Origin: an uncultured Acidimicrobiia bacterium
GTDB taxonomy: Bacteria > Actinomycetota > Acidimicrobiia > Spongiisociales > UBA5794
Length of the DNA stretch: 64,000 nt
Direction of reading: 5' to 3'
Assembly: GCA_963708235.1 (NCBI GenBank)
Contig: OY970200.1
Span: 1,713,373 to 1,777,372 of the forward strand
The position numbers were made by a program, and so were the translations under genes. The notes under the pieces were generated by a model. That model saw only the letters and a list, made by a program, of their open reading frames with translations, was not told the DNA's origin and did no database searches. Shown piece after piece: positions 8,089-19,974 of the stretch; positions within the stretch are counted from its first letter, which is position 1, and the number at the start of each line of letters is the position of its first letter.

Positions 8089-8655
8089 GGGGCGTCCGGA
8101 CGGAACGGTCGTTCCAGCGCCTCGACCACGGTCGGGGGCGGTACGTGATCGGCGAGCGGCGGGAGGTCGGCGACGGCGTCGATGCCCATCTTCTCGAGGA
8201 ATAGGGAGGTGGTCCCGTAGAGCATCGCCTGACCCGGTCCGGCGGCGCGACCGATCTCGGACACCAGACCGCGCCGCTCCAGGGTCCGCAGCGCCCGTTC
8301 GGAGTCGACGCCACGGATCTCGGCGAGCTGGCCAGCGCGAGATCGGTTGGCGGTAGGCGACGACGGCGAGGGTCTCCAGGGCGGCGCCGGACAGCCGGGT
8401 GGCGGTCTCGGTGGCGGCGAACCGCTCCAGATAGGGCTGGGCGTCCGGGTGGCTGTAGAGACGCCAACCACCGGCGAGCTGTCGCAACACGAAGCCCCGG
8501 CCCTCGGTCTCGAGTTGCTCGGAGAGGCTCTCGAGCTCTGCGGTCACCTCGTCCCTGGGGACCTCGACGAGCTCCGCCAGCTCATGGGCGGCCAGCGGTT
8601 GTTCGGCGACGAACAGCACCGCCTCGATGATGCGCCGCAGATTGGGGGTCACCAT
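8085..8655 (-). pseudogene. scpB: segregation and condensation protein B ScpB, with an apparent frameshift in a CGCGC run near 8335-8340
   Basis: The N-terminus lies in the frame of ORF 7342..8811 (MVTPNLRRIIEAVLFVAEQPL...AVVAYRQPISR). The C-terminus lies in ORF 8085..8471 (AGQLAEIRGVDSERALRTLERRGLVSEIGRAAGPGQAMLYGTTSLFLEKMGI). A 1-nt deletion or 2-nt insertion at tcgcgc|tgg restores a protein of about 190 aa. ATG 8655 overlaps the scpA end by 7 nt. Confidence 0.75.
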
Positions 8656-9413
8656 TCGGTGGTCTCCCCGGCGAGACCGCGGTCGCCATGAGATCGGGCG
8701 GTCACCGCGATCGCCCCCTCCGCCTCGGTCTGGCTGACGCGCACCAGGCCCCACCGGACCAGCTCGAGCAGAGCGAGAAAGTAGGCGATCACCTCGACGG
8801 TTCGCTCGCAATGGGCGACCAACTCGTCGAACTCGGCGACCGCCTCGGAATCGAGACGGCTTCGCAGGTCGTCGATGGCGGCGCCAACCGAGGGGAGATC
8901 GAGGTCGAGGTGGTCGAGTTCGGGTTCTTCGGGGGCGGCGGTGAGCACGCGTTCGGCGATGGCGGCGAGCCCTTCCGGATCGACGCCGAGGCGAAGCTCC
9001 GGGGGCGGCGGGATGATCTCCGGATCCAGACCCACGGTGCGGGGGACAAATCGGGCCATCCCCTCCATGCGGTGGGCGAGCACGGCGGCGACGTCCTTGA
9101 ACGTCAGGCAGGCGAGGAGGCGGGCCAGGAGGCGGTCGCGTTCCTCGGACAACGCCAGTTCCTCGTCGATGTCGATGGCGACGTCACCGGGGAGCAGGTG
9201 GCGTGCCTTGAGCTGGATCAGGGTGGCGGCGATGAGCAGGAACTCGGAGGTGACGTCGATGTCGGTCTGGCGCATCGCATCGAGATGTTCCAGGTACTCG
9301 GTGACCAGCCTCCCGAGACGGAGTTCGGCGATGTCGACCTGATGCGAGGTGATCAGCTGCAGCAGGAGGTCGAGAGGCCCCTCGAACACCCGTGTTTTCA
9401 CCTGATAGCTCAT
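8649..9413 (-). CDS. scpA: segregation and condensation protein A ScpA
   Basis: ORF 8649..9479. The start was trimmed to ATG 9413 (MSYQVKTRVFEGPLDLLLQLITSHQVDI). It has the ScpA N-terminal motif and a conserved C-terminus. Confidence 0.8.
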   Translation of the reverse strand: MSYQVKTRVFEGPLDLLLQLITSHQVDIAELRLGRLVTEYLEHLDAMRQTDIDVTSEFLLIAATLIQLKARHLLPGDVAIDIDEELALSEERDRLLARLLACLTFKDVAAVLAHRMEGMARFVPRTVGLDPEIIPPPPELRLGVDPEGLAAIAERVLTAAPEEPELDHLDLDLPSVGAAIDDLRSRLDSEAVAEFDELVAHCERTVEVIAYFLALLELVRWGLVRVSQTEAEGAIAVTARSHGDRGLAGETTEW

Positions 9414-9503
9414 GGTCTGTTCAACCTGTTCCGGGACAGCCGTCATGACCGCTGCATGGTATCCCCGATCCACCACCATCCAGTGTCACACCGTGTGGAG
9501 CGT

Positions 9504-10016
9504 TCAGATGTGATCGGCGTCGAGCAGGCAGCGCCACACCCCCGGCGGGTGCGGTCCCGGGTCCGGGTCGGGGTGACGTCGGGCGAAGTCGACGATCAGC
9601 GGGTCGCACCCGATCCGTGCCAACAGCTCGGCACCGATCGGGCCGTGATTGCGGTAGGTGGCGGCGCCGCTCCACAGCGGGAGGTGGAACGTGTCGAGCA
9701 CCGTGGCGAGGCTCCGTCCCACTGCACCGATCCGACTGGCGGTCTTGCCGACATCGTGGAGCAGAGCCGCCCGGAGCACCAGGTCACCCCGCCGCTCCGA
9801 CCCGAGGCCGGTCCGCGTCATGGTGTCGTAGGCGTGTCGCTGGTCGGCGGCGACCTGGGCGTAGAAGAGCTTGCGCTCGTCGACATCGAGGATCCCGGCG
9901 ATCACTTGCTGTTCGGCGGGCCCGAGCGGGCGGGCAGTGACAAAACCCAGAAACCGGCGTGCCAGGTGACCGATCGGCAACCGGCGCAGGCCGCTCAGCT
10001 CAACTTCTGCTTGCAC
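9504..10016 (-). CDS. HD-domain protein (putative metal-dependent phosphohydrolase); start uncertain
   Basis: Contains the LRAALLHDVGK motif typical of HD/HDIG domains. The 5' end overlaps the next ORF by 22 nt, so the true start is probably downstream of 10016. Confidence 0.5.
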   Translation of the reverse strand: MQAEVELSGLRRLPIGHLARRFLGFVTARPLGPAEQQVIAGILDVDERKLFYAQVAADQRHAYDTMTRTGLGSERRGDLVLRAALLHDVGKTASRIGAVGRSLATVLDTFHLPLWSGAATYRNHGPIGAELLARIGCDPLIVDFARRHPDPDPGPHPPGVWRCLLDADHI

Positions 10017-10336
10017 TCGACGCAGTAGCGCGAGGTGGGGCGGAACTCCATGCGAGCGGTGCCAATGTCCTTGCCGCAGGCGGCACAGATCCCGTAGGTA
10101 CCGTCGGCGATCCGTTCGAGGGCGAGATCGACGTCGCGGAGCCGCTCGTGGACCGATTCCACGAGCCCGATCACCTCGGTGCGCTCGGCGGTGGCTGCGG
10201 CGGCGTCGGCAAAGCCGTCCCCGTAGTCGGTTTCGCCGGTCAGATCACCGGTCTCGGTTGCTCCGAGCTCGGCGAGTTGTCGGATCAGCTTGGTCCGTTC
10301 GTCCTTGAGGACGTCGGCGGCGGCCGCGGTTTCCAC
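9995..10336 (-). CDS. TraR/DksA-family C4-type zinc-finger protein
   Basis: It has an acidic coiled-coil N-terminus and a C-terminal CAACGKDIG...RYCVECKQK four-cysteine finger. Confidence 0.7.
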   Translation of the reverse strand: METAAAADVLKDERTKLIRQLAELGATETGDLTGETDYGDGFADAAAATAERTEVIGLVESVHERLRDVDLALERIADGTYGICAACGKDIGTARMEFRPTSRYCVECKQKLS

Positions 10337-10363
10337 GGAATCACTCCTCGGCGGTTTCTGGCG

Positions 10364-11263
10364 TCACCCGCTTCGTGGGTGAGAGGTCACGAACACCTCG
10401 TAGAGGTGTTGGGGAGAGACGCGGGTATAGACCTGTGTGGTCGAAATACTAGCGTGACCGAGCATTTCCTGGACGGTTCGCAGGTCTGCACCCCCCTCCA
10501 CCATGTGTGTCGCCGCCGAATGGCGGAGGACGTGGGGCGATACCTTTGCAGGGTCGATGCCCGCTTTCTCGGCGTGGCGACGGACGATCAGAAAGGCCCC
10601 CTGACGGGTCAGATGGCGGCCCCGGGAGTTGAGGAACAGCCAGCCCGGGTCGGCCGCACCGCGGTTGAGCTCCATCCGTACCGGCAGGTATCCCATGACC
10701 GCCTCGATGGCATGCCGACCCAACGGGACCAACCGCTGCTTCGAACCTTTCCCCGTGACCAGGGCGGAGCGGGTCTCCAGGTCGACGTCCTCGACATGCA
10801 GACCGACAGCCTCGGTCACGCGGGCACCGCTGGCGTACAGCACCTCCATCAGTGCCCGGTCCCGCACTCCGAGGGGGGTGAGCCGATCCGGCGCCTCGAG
10901 CAACGTCTCGACCTCTTGGACGGTCAACGCCTTGGGGAGCGACGCCGGTCGCCGGGGAGCTTCGGTCATCGCCGTCGGGTCGTGGTCGACATCGCCTTCG
11001 GCGAGCAGGAACCGGTGGAGACCCCGGACAGCGGCGAGCTTGCGGGCGATGGTGGCCGCGACCCAGCCCTGGGCGTCCAGCCACCCCTGGAAGGAGGTGA
11101 TCGTGTTGTCCCGGACGGTGGTGACATCGGAGATCCCGTCCTCGACCAGAAAGAGCCGGTACTGGTCGAGATCCCGCCGGTAGGCCGAGAGGGTGTGCGG
11201 TGACAGCCCTCGTTCCGACCGCATCGAAGACAGGTACTCCTCGATGGCCCGGTCGAGATCCAT
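10364..11263 (-). CDS. xerD: site-specific tyrosine recombinase XerD (chromosome dimer resolution)
   Basis: It has the SAM-like N-terminal domain and a catalytic C-terminus with the R...HxLRH...Y residues (HVLRHSAATHMVEGGADLRTVQEMLGHASISTTQVYTRV). The context next to scpAB matches mycobacterial synteny. Confidence 0.8.
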   Translation of the reverse strand: MDLDRAIEEYLSSMRSERGLSPHTLSAYRRDLDQYRLFLVEDGISDVTTVRDNTITSFQGWLDAQGWVAATIARKLAAVRGLHRFLLAEGDVDHDPTAMTEAPRRPASLPKALTVQEVETLLEAPDRLTPLGVRDRALMEVLYASGARVTEAVGLHVEDVDLETRSALVTGKGSKQRLVPLGRHAIEAVMGYLPVRMELNRGAADPGWLFLNSRGRHLTRQGAFLIVRRHAEKAGIDPAKVSPHVLRHSAATHMVEGGADLRTVQEMLGHASISTTQVYTRVSPQHLYEVFVTSHPRSG

Positions 11264-11805
11264 CAGCGGCGGCGCAGCAGCTCGAGCACTCCGATGAGCG
11301 TCTTGGCGTCGGTGATCTCGCCACGATCGAGCATTCCCGGCAGGTCGGCCAGCGGGATGTGCACGATCTCCGAGACCTCTTCCTCGGCCCCGTCCGGCGC
11401 CGTGTCGACCGGGGTGCAGTCCTCGGCGATGAACACGGTGATCTGCTCGTCGGTGAATCCGGGGGCGGTCCGGAAGGTGGCGACCGCTTCGAGGCGCCCG
11501 GGGGCATACCCCACCTCCTCCCGGGTCTCCCGGTCGGCGGCGGCACGCAGATCCTCACCGGGGATGTCGAGCTTGCCCGCCGGGATCTCGAGTAACAGCG
11601 CATCGATCGGCGCCCGATACTGGCGGATGAACACCACCGCATCCTCGACCACCGGCACCACCGCCACGGCCCCGGGATGACGGACCACCTCCCTGGTCAC
11701 GGCGACGCCGGCGGGGGTCTCGACGTGGAGCCGGTCGAGCCGGAGAAAGGTCGTGTGGGACAGCGTCCTCGCTCCCACCGGGCGGAACTCGGGGTGCTCC
11801 CCCAC
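11263..11805 (-). CDS. NUDIX hydrolase (ADP-ribose pyrophosphatase-like)
   Basis: Nudix box GKLDIPGEDLRAAADRETREEVG. Its position between xerD and pyrG matches the Mtb Rv1700 context. Confidence 0.8.
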   Translation of the reverse strand: MGEHPEFRPVGARTLSHTTFLRLDRLHVETPAGVAVTREVVRHPGAVAVVPVVEDAVVFIRQYRAPIDALLLEIPAGKLDIPGEDLRAAADRETREEVGYAPGRLEAVATFRTAPGFTDEQITVFIAEDCTPVDTAPDGAEEEVSEIVHIPLADLPGMLDRGEITDAKTLIGVLELLRRR

Positions 11806-11835
11806 CGTCAGGTTCCCACCATCAGGTCGGCACGG

Positions 11836-15194
<3,359 letters not shown>

Positions 15195-15202
<8 letters not shown>

Positions 15203-16010
15203 GATCGAGCCCGAACTGGCGCCGGACCGCCTGAGGGAACGGCGAGGCGCCACGGGTGACAAACCGGACCGGACGTTGCCCGCGTGCCACCGTCAGGGTC
15301 TCGCCGTCGCCGAGGACGCAGGCCTCCCGCCCGTCGAGGTTGACCCGTACCGGCCGATCGCCCACCACGGTGAACTCGATCACCGTCGACCGGTCCAGTA
15401 CCAACGACCGCGACAGCAGACTGTGCGGCGCCACCGGGCTCACCACCAACGCCTCGAGCTCGGGATCGAGCACCGGTCCTCCCACCGACAACGAATAGGC
15501 GGTGGAACCGAGCGGGGTGGCCACGATGATGCCGTCGGCGCGGTAGGTGGTGAAGTATTCCTCGTCGATCGACACCGCGATCCGGACGATCCGCTGACTC
15601 ATCACCTTCTCCAGCACCACGTCGTTGATGCCGTTCCAGCAGCGGCCGTCGGCGGTGGTGGCCTGGACCGTCATCCGTTCCAGCTCCCGGCGCGGCGATG
15701 CGGTGACGGCATCCAGCAGCGCACCGAGGCCGTCGGCTTCGAACTCGGTGAGGTAGCCGACCGTACCGAGGTTGATCCCGGCGACCGGGATCGAGGCGCG
15801 GTGGGCGATCTGCGCCGCTTCGAGCAGGGTCCCGTCGCCACCGATCCCGATCACGACGTCGACATCGGCGGAAACCGCCGAGGTGAGATCGATCGGAACG
15901 GTGACGATGTCGCGCTGTGTCGCCGCCTCCGCCAGTGCACCGGCGACCTCGGCGGCGGCGGTGCGGGACTTGTGAACGAGCAGGCCGAGCCGGACCGGTC
16001 GAGACGTCAT
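15195..16010 (-). CDS. nadK: NAD kinase
   Basis: ATG 16010 (MTSRPVRLGLLVH). It has the GGDGTLL motif and NE/DGxxVxTPxGSTAYS motifs. The 4-nt overlap with the tlyA stop matches the mycobacterial tlyA-ppnK-recN order. Confidence 0.85.
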
Positions 16011-16789
16011 GACCGCTCCCCGCTTCGGTCGTGGCCTCCGCTTCGGTCGAGGCCCCTGCTTCGGTCGTGGCGCAGCCACGCAAGGGTCTCCTGGTTCCCG
16101 GCGGAGCCACGGATCGTGCTCGGGGTGACACCGCACTCCCCCAGACCCGCTGCGGCGAATGCGGCGAGGATCTCGGTGACCGCCTCGGCCGCCCGGTGCG
16201 GGTCGGCCACCACCCCGTCCTTGCGGAGCCCGTCGCGTCCCACCTCGAACTGGGGCTTGACCAGGACCACGACATCGCCGTCGACGGCGGTGAGGTCGGC
16301 GATCACCGTGGTCAGCAACCGGAGCGAGATGAAGGAGACGTCGACGGTCACCAGCGCAAACGCACCGCCGAGGTCGTCCACGGTGACATGGCGGATGTCC
16401 GTGGACTCACGGACCTCGACCCGCCCGTCGTGGCGGAGAGACGGGTGGAGCTGCTCGCTGCCCACATCCACGGCGGTGACGGAGTGTGCCCCGCGTTGGA
16501 GCAGCACATCGGTGAACCCGCCGGTCGATGCGCCGATATCGAGACAGCGGCGGCCCGCCGGATCGAGATCGAACAGGTCGAGGGCGGCAGCCAACTTGTG
16601 GCCCGCCCGGCTCACATACCGGGTGGCGTCCGGATCGACGGTGACGATGGTGTCGGAGGTGACCTTGGCGGCGGGTCGGTCGACGGTTGCCCCGTCGACC
16701 GTGACCCGACCGTCGATGACGGCGCGCCGTCCGGCGGCCCTGGTCGGGACCAGGCGCCGGTTGAGCAACTCGACATCGAGACGGGTCAC
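16007..16789 (-). CDS. tlyA: TlyA-family rRNA 2'-O-methyltransferase (hemolysin A homolog)
   Basis: It has an S4 domain N-terminus and an FtsJ-like methyltransferase core (LDIGASTGGFTDVLL). Confidence 0.8.
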   Translation of the reverse strand: MTRLDVELLNRRLVPTRAAGRRAVIDGRVTVDGATVDRPAAKVTSDTIVTVDPDATRYVSRAGHKLAAALDLFDLDPAGRRCLDIGASTGGFTDVLLQRGAHSVTAVDVGSEQLHPSLRHDGRVEVRESTDIRHVTVDDLGGAFALVTVDVSFISLRLLTTVIADLTAVDGDVVVLVKPQFEVGRDGLRKDGVVADPHRAAEAVTEILAAFAAAGLGECGVTPSTIRGSAGNQETLAWLRHDRSRGLDRSGGHDRSGERS

Positions 16790-16793
16790 CGGG

Positions 16794-17117
16794 TCACCTC
16801 TGCTCGGTGGGCGGGTCGGGCCGGTCGAGTTGATCGGAGAGAATCGTCGCCATCGCCTCGGCGAGGTCGGCAGCCTGTGACGGGTCGGTGGCTTCCAGCG
16901 TGTCGATCAGTTCATCCAGATCGGCGTCCACGTCGGGAGCATCCGACTCGGGAGCATCCGACTCGGGAGCATCCGACTCAGGAACGTCCAGGTCGGCAGC
17001 GTCCGGCTCGGGTGAGCCGGGACCGGGCGTCTCCCGGTCGGGGGTGCGGTGATCGGTCCCACCCGCTGATTCCCGGGTCGAACCCGGGTTGGTTCCGGGG
17101 GGCTGCGTAGTATCCAT
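16794..17117 (-). CDS. hypothetical acidic protein with tandem (PESDA)x3 repeats
   Basis: The ORF has 15-nt in-frame DNA repeats (gggagcatccgactc x3, 16921-16985) and is D/E/P-rich. There is no recognisable domain. It is tightly linked upstream of tlyA (4-nt gap). Confidence 0.45.
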   Translation of the reverse strand: MDTTQPPGTNPGSTRESAGGTDHRTPDRETPGPGSPEPDAADLDVPESDAPESDAPESDAPDVDADLDELIDTLEATDPSQAADLAEAMATILSDQLDRPDPPTEQR

Positions 17118-17155
17118 GGAGCCATTATCGCTGCCGCCACTGACACGGATGCACC

Positions 17156-17896
17156 TTGTTCCCGATTCGAGACCTCAATCCGACCCGGATCTCGCCGGTG
17201 GTCACCGTTCTGATCATCGCCGCCAATGCCGCCGTCTTCTTTCTGTGGCAACCGAGCCCGGATACGGCGGACGGGCAACGCTTCGCCTACGAGACCGCCG
17301 CCATCGCCTGTGAGGTGACGACCGGCGCTCCGCTCAGCATCGACGAGATCACCACCGGTCGTTGTCTCGACGGTGCGCAGACCCCTGCCTTCCCGGACAA
17401 GAATGTGTGGCTGGCGCTGGTGGTCTCGATGTTCCTCCACGGCAGCGTGTTCCACCTTCTCTCCAACATGTGGTTCCTGTGGGTGTTCGGGAACAACGTC
17501 GAGGAGGCTTTCGGGCGTATCGGCTATGCCTTGCTCTATCTGGTCACCGGGCTGGTGGCGACGGGTGCGTTCGTGCTCGCCAACCCGGAGGCCACGGTTC
17601 CCCTGGTAGGGGCGTCTGGGGCGATCGCCGGCGTGCTCGGGGCCTACCTCGTGTTGTATCCGACCCATCGGGTGCTGTCGTGGTTCGTGTTCCTGTTCGT
17701 CCCGGTTCCCGCCATCGTGTTCCTGGGCTTCTGGTTCCTCGCCCAGTTCGGGGTTCAAGCCGACGGGGTCGCCTGGGAGGCGCATGTCGGTGGTTTCGTG
17801 GCGGGCGTTCTGATCACACTGCCGCTGCGGCCGATGCTGCTCACCAGGATCGACCGGATCCACCGACCGGTGCGTTCGGCCTTCCTCCCCCGGTAG
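17156..17896 (+). CDS. rhomboid-family intramembrane serine protease
   Basis: It has multiple TM helices, the GASGAIAGVLGAY motif (catalytic GxSG) and a downstream AHVGGFVAG (catalytic His). Confidence 0.8.
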   Translation: MFPIRDLNPTRISPVVTVLIIAANAAVFFLWQPSPDTADGQRFAYETAAIACEVTTGAPLSIDEITTGRCLDGAQTPAFPDKNVWLALVVSMFLHGSVFHLLSNMWFLWVFGNNVEEAFGRIGYALLYLVTGLVATGAFVLANPEATVPLVGASGAIAGVLGAYLVLYPTHRVLSWFVFLFVPVPAIVFLGFWFLAQFGVQADGVAWEAHVGGFVAGVLITLPLRPMLLTRIDRIHRPVRSAFLPR

Positions 17897-17929
17897 CCGT
17901 GAACGGCGCCGCACCTGGCCGCGTCGGAA

Positions 17930-18724
17930 TCACAGACCGAGGGCGGCGGGAAGCTCGGCGATCGACGGCAACACATGATCGATCTTCCCGGCGCCGGTGT
18001 CCCCGGTCCGGCCCACACCGGTCAGCACCAGTGCGGTCGCCCACCCCTCGGCCCATCCCAGCTCCAGGTCGGTGTCGATGCGATCTCCCACGACCAGAAC
18101 CGGACCATCCGCAAGCCGGGAGGCCAGGAGACGTCGCATCGCCGGATGGGGCTTCCCGCAGAGTTCGGCGACCACCCCGCTCGCCTTCTCCACCGCAGCG
18201 ACCATCGACCCGGCGCCCGGTGCCTGCCCGTGGGGGGTGGGAAAGGTGGCATCCCCGTTCGAGCCCACCAGCCGCGCCCCCGCCCGCACCGCCATCGATG
18301 CGGCGGCAAGACGTTGGTAGGTGAACCCGTAATCGAGGCCCACCACGACGGCGTCCACTTCGGCAGGCCCTGGTCCCGGGACGTCGGAGGCGTCGATGGC
18401 GGTGATTCCAGCATCGGTGAGAGCGGTGCGAAGTCCCGGTTCGCCGAGCACCAACGCCGACGACACCGTTCCGGCGAGAAGGTCGGCGGCGGCGAGCGCC
18501 GAGGTCACCACCCGCTCGGGGCGGGCCTGGTACCCGGTGCGGAGGACGATCTTGGCCGCCACCTCTTCGGGGGTCTTTGTCGAGTTGTTGGTGACGAACC
18601 ACAGGTCGATACCCGCCGATTCGAGCGTCTCCAGGGTGCGGCCGGCGCCGGGAACGGTCTCCGAACCGAGGTAGAGCACCCCATCGAGATCACACACGAT
18701 GGATCTGAGATTGGTCATTCCCAC
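17930..18724 (-). CDS. HAD-superfamily subfamily IIA hydrolase (NagD-like sugar phosphatase)
   Basis: It has the DLDGVLY motif I, TNNS motif II and GD...D motif IV. Confidence 0.75.
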   Translation of the reverse strand: MGMTNLRSIVCDLDGVLYLGSETVPGAGRTLETLESAGIDLWFVTNNSTKTPEEVAAKIVLRTGYQARPERVVTSALAAADLLAGTVSSALVLGEPGLRTALTDAGITAIDASDVPGPGPAEVDAVVVGLDYGFTYQRLAAASMAVRAGARLVGSNGDATFPTPHGQAPGAGSMVAAVEKASGVVAELCGKPHPAMRRLLASRLADGPVLVVGDRIDTDLELGWAEGWATALVLTGVGRTGDTGAGKIDHVLPSIAELPAALGL

Positions 18725-18789
18725 CTCGGGCCACTACAACGACGGGAACGGCAACGTAGCACCCCGCACAACCGGCATCGGAGCAAACT

Positions 18790-19968
18790 GTGGACGAAAC
18801 CATCCTGGTCCAGGTGTCAGGGCTCGACGGCCCCGGCATCACGACCGCCATCCTGCACATCCTCGCCGATGCGGGAGCGACGGTGTACGACATGGAGCAG
18901 GTGGTGGTGCGCAACCGGCTCAACCTCGGGATCCTCATCGGGATCAACGACGGGCGCTCCCCGCTCAAGGACCTGCTCTACCTGGGTTGGCAGCGTGGGT
19001 TCAACCTCGACTTCGAGGTGGTGCCCGACACCGGGAGCTCGCCGACCCGATCCCGGTTTGCGGTGACGGTCATCGGAGACACACTTCCCCCGCAGGCCCT
19101 GGCCGTGGTGACCGATGCGATCGTGGCCGGGGGCGGCAACATCGAGCGCATCGTCCGTCTCTCCAAGTACCCCGTGATCAGCTACGAGTTCATCGTGGTG
19201 GGCGGGGTGATCTCCGAGTTGCGATCGAAGCTCCTCCAGGCCTCCAGCACCGAGCGCATCGACATCGCCGTCCAGCCCGAGGGTCTGGCGCGTCGGGCCA
19301 AGCGACTGGTGGTGATCGACATGGATTCGACACTGATCCGCGACGAGGTGATCGATCTGCTCGCCGATGCGGCGGGTGTCGGCGACCAGGTGCGGGCCCT
19401 CACCCTGAGGGCGATGGAAGGCGACACCGACTTCAACGCCTCGCTGGCCGATCGGGTCCATCTTCTGGCGGGGCTTCCAGTCGAGGTCATCGACCAGGTG
19501 GCCCGCGCCATCACGGTCACCCCCGGAGCCCGGACCTTCGCCCGGACGCTGCGACGACTCGGCTACCGGACCGCCATCGTCAGCGGCGGGTTCGATGTCT
19601 TTGCGGAACGGGTCCGCCAGCACCTCAAGATGGACTACGCCTTCGCCAACCGCCTCGAGGTCGCCGACGGGCGGCTCACCGGTCGGGTGGTCGGTGACAT
19701 CATCGACGGCGACGCCAAGGCGCGGATCCTCGAGGAGGTGGCCGCCCGTGAGCATGTCCCGTTGGAACAGACCGTTGCCGTCGGCGACGGGAGTAACGAC
19801 CTCGCCATGTTGAGCCGCGCCGGGCTCGGGATCGCCTTCAACGCCAAACCGATCGTCGACGCCGCCGCCGACACCACGCTCAAGGTGCCCTACCTCGATG
19901 CGATCCTGTTCGTTCTGGGGATCCGTCGCGAGGACATCGAAGAGGCCGACCGGGCCGACGGGAGTTAG
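18790..19968 (+). CDS. serB: phosphoserine phosphatase SerB with N-terminal tandem ACT domains
   Basis: The ACT-like N-terminus (ILVQVSGLDGPGITTAIL...) is followed by a HAD core with DMDSTLI...GD..ND motifs, the actinobacterial SerB2 architecture. Confidence 0.85.
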   Translation: MDETILVQVSGLDGPGITTAILHILADAGATVYDMEQVVVRNRLNLGILIGINDGRSPLKDLLYLGWQRGFNLDFEVVPDTGSSPTRSRFAVTVIGDTLPPQALAVVTDAIVAGGGNIERIVRLSKYPVISYEFIVVGGVISELRSKLLQASSTERIDIAVQPEGLARRAKRLVVIDMDSTLIRDEVIDLLADAAGVGDQVRALTLRAMEGDTDFNASLADRVHLLAGLPVEVIDQVARAITVTPGARTFARTLRRLGYRTAIVSGGFDVFAERVRQHLKMDYAFANRLEVADGRLTGRVVGDIIDGDAKARILEEVAAREHVPLEQTVAVGDGSNDLAMLSRAGLGIAFNAKPIVDAAADTTLKVPYLDAILFVLGIRREDIEEADRADGS

Positions 19969-19974
19969 ACGCGG

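Noticed and set aside
7342-8811. 489-aa ORF combining the ScpB N-terminus with RluB
   Set aside because: Same pattern as above: the ScpB C-terminus is in frame 8085..8471, and rluB starts at GTG 8088 overlapping the scpB stop. The R/P-rich linker is a frame artifact.
10449-11642. 397-aa minus-strand ORF overlapping xerD and the NUDIX gene
   Set aside because: It is an alternative frame across two well-supported genes, with a Pro/Arg/Gly-rich composition and no domains.
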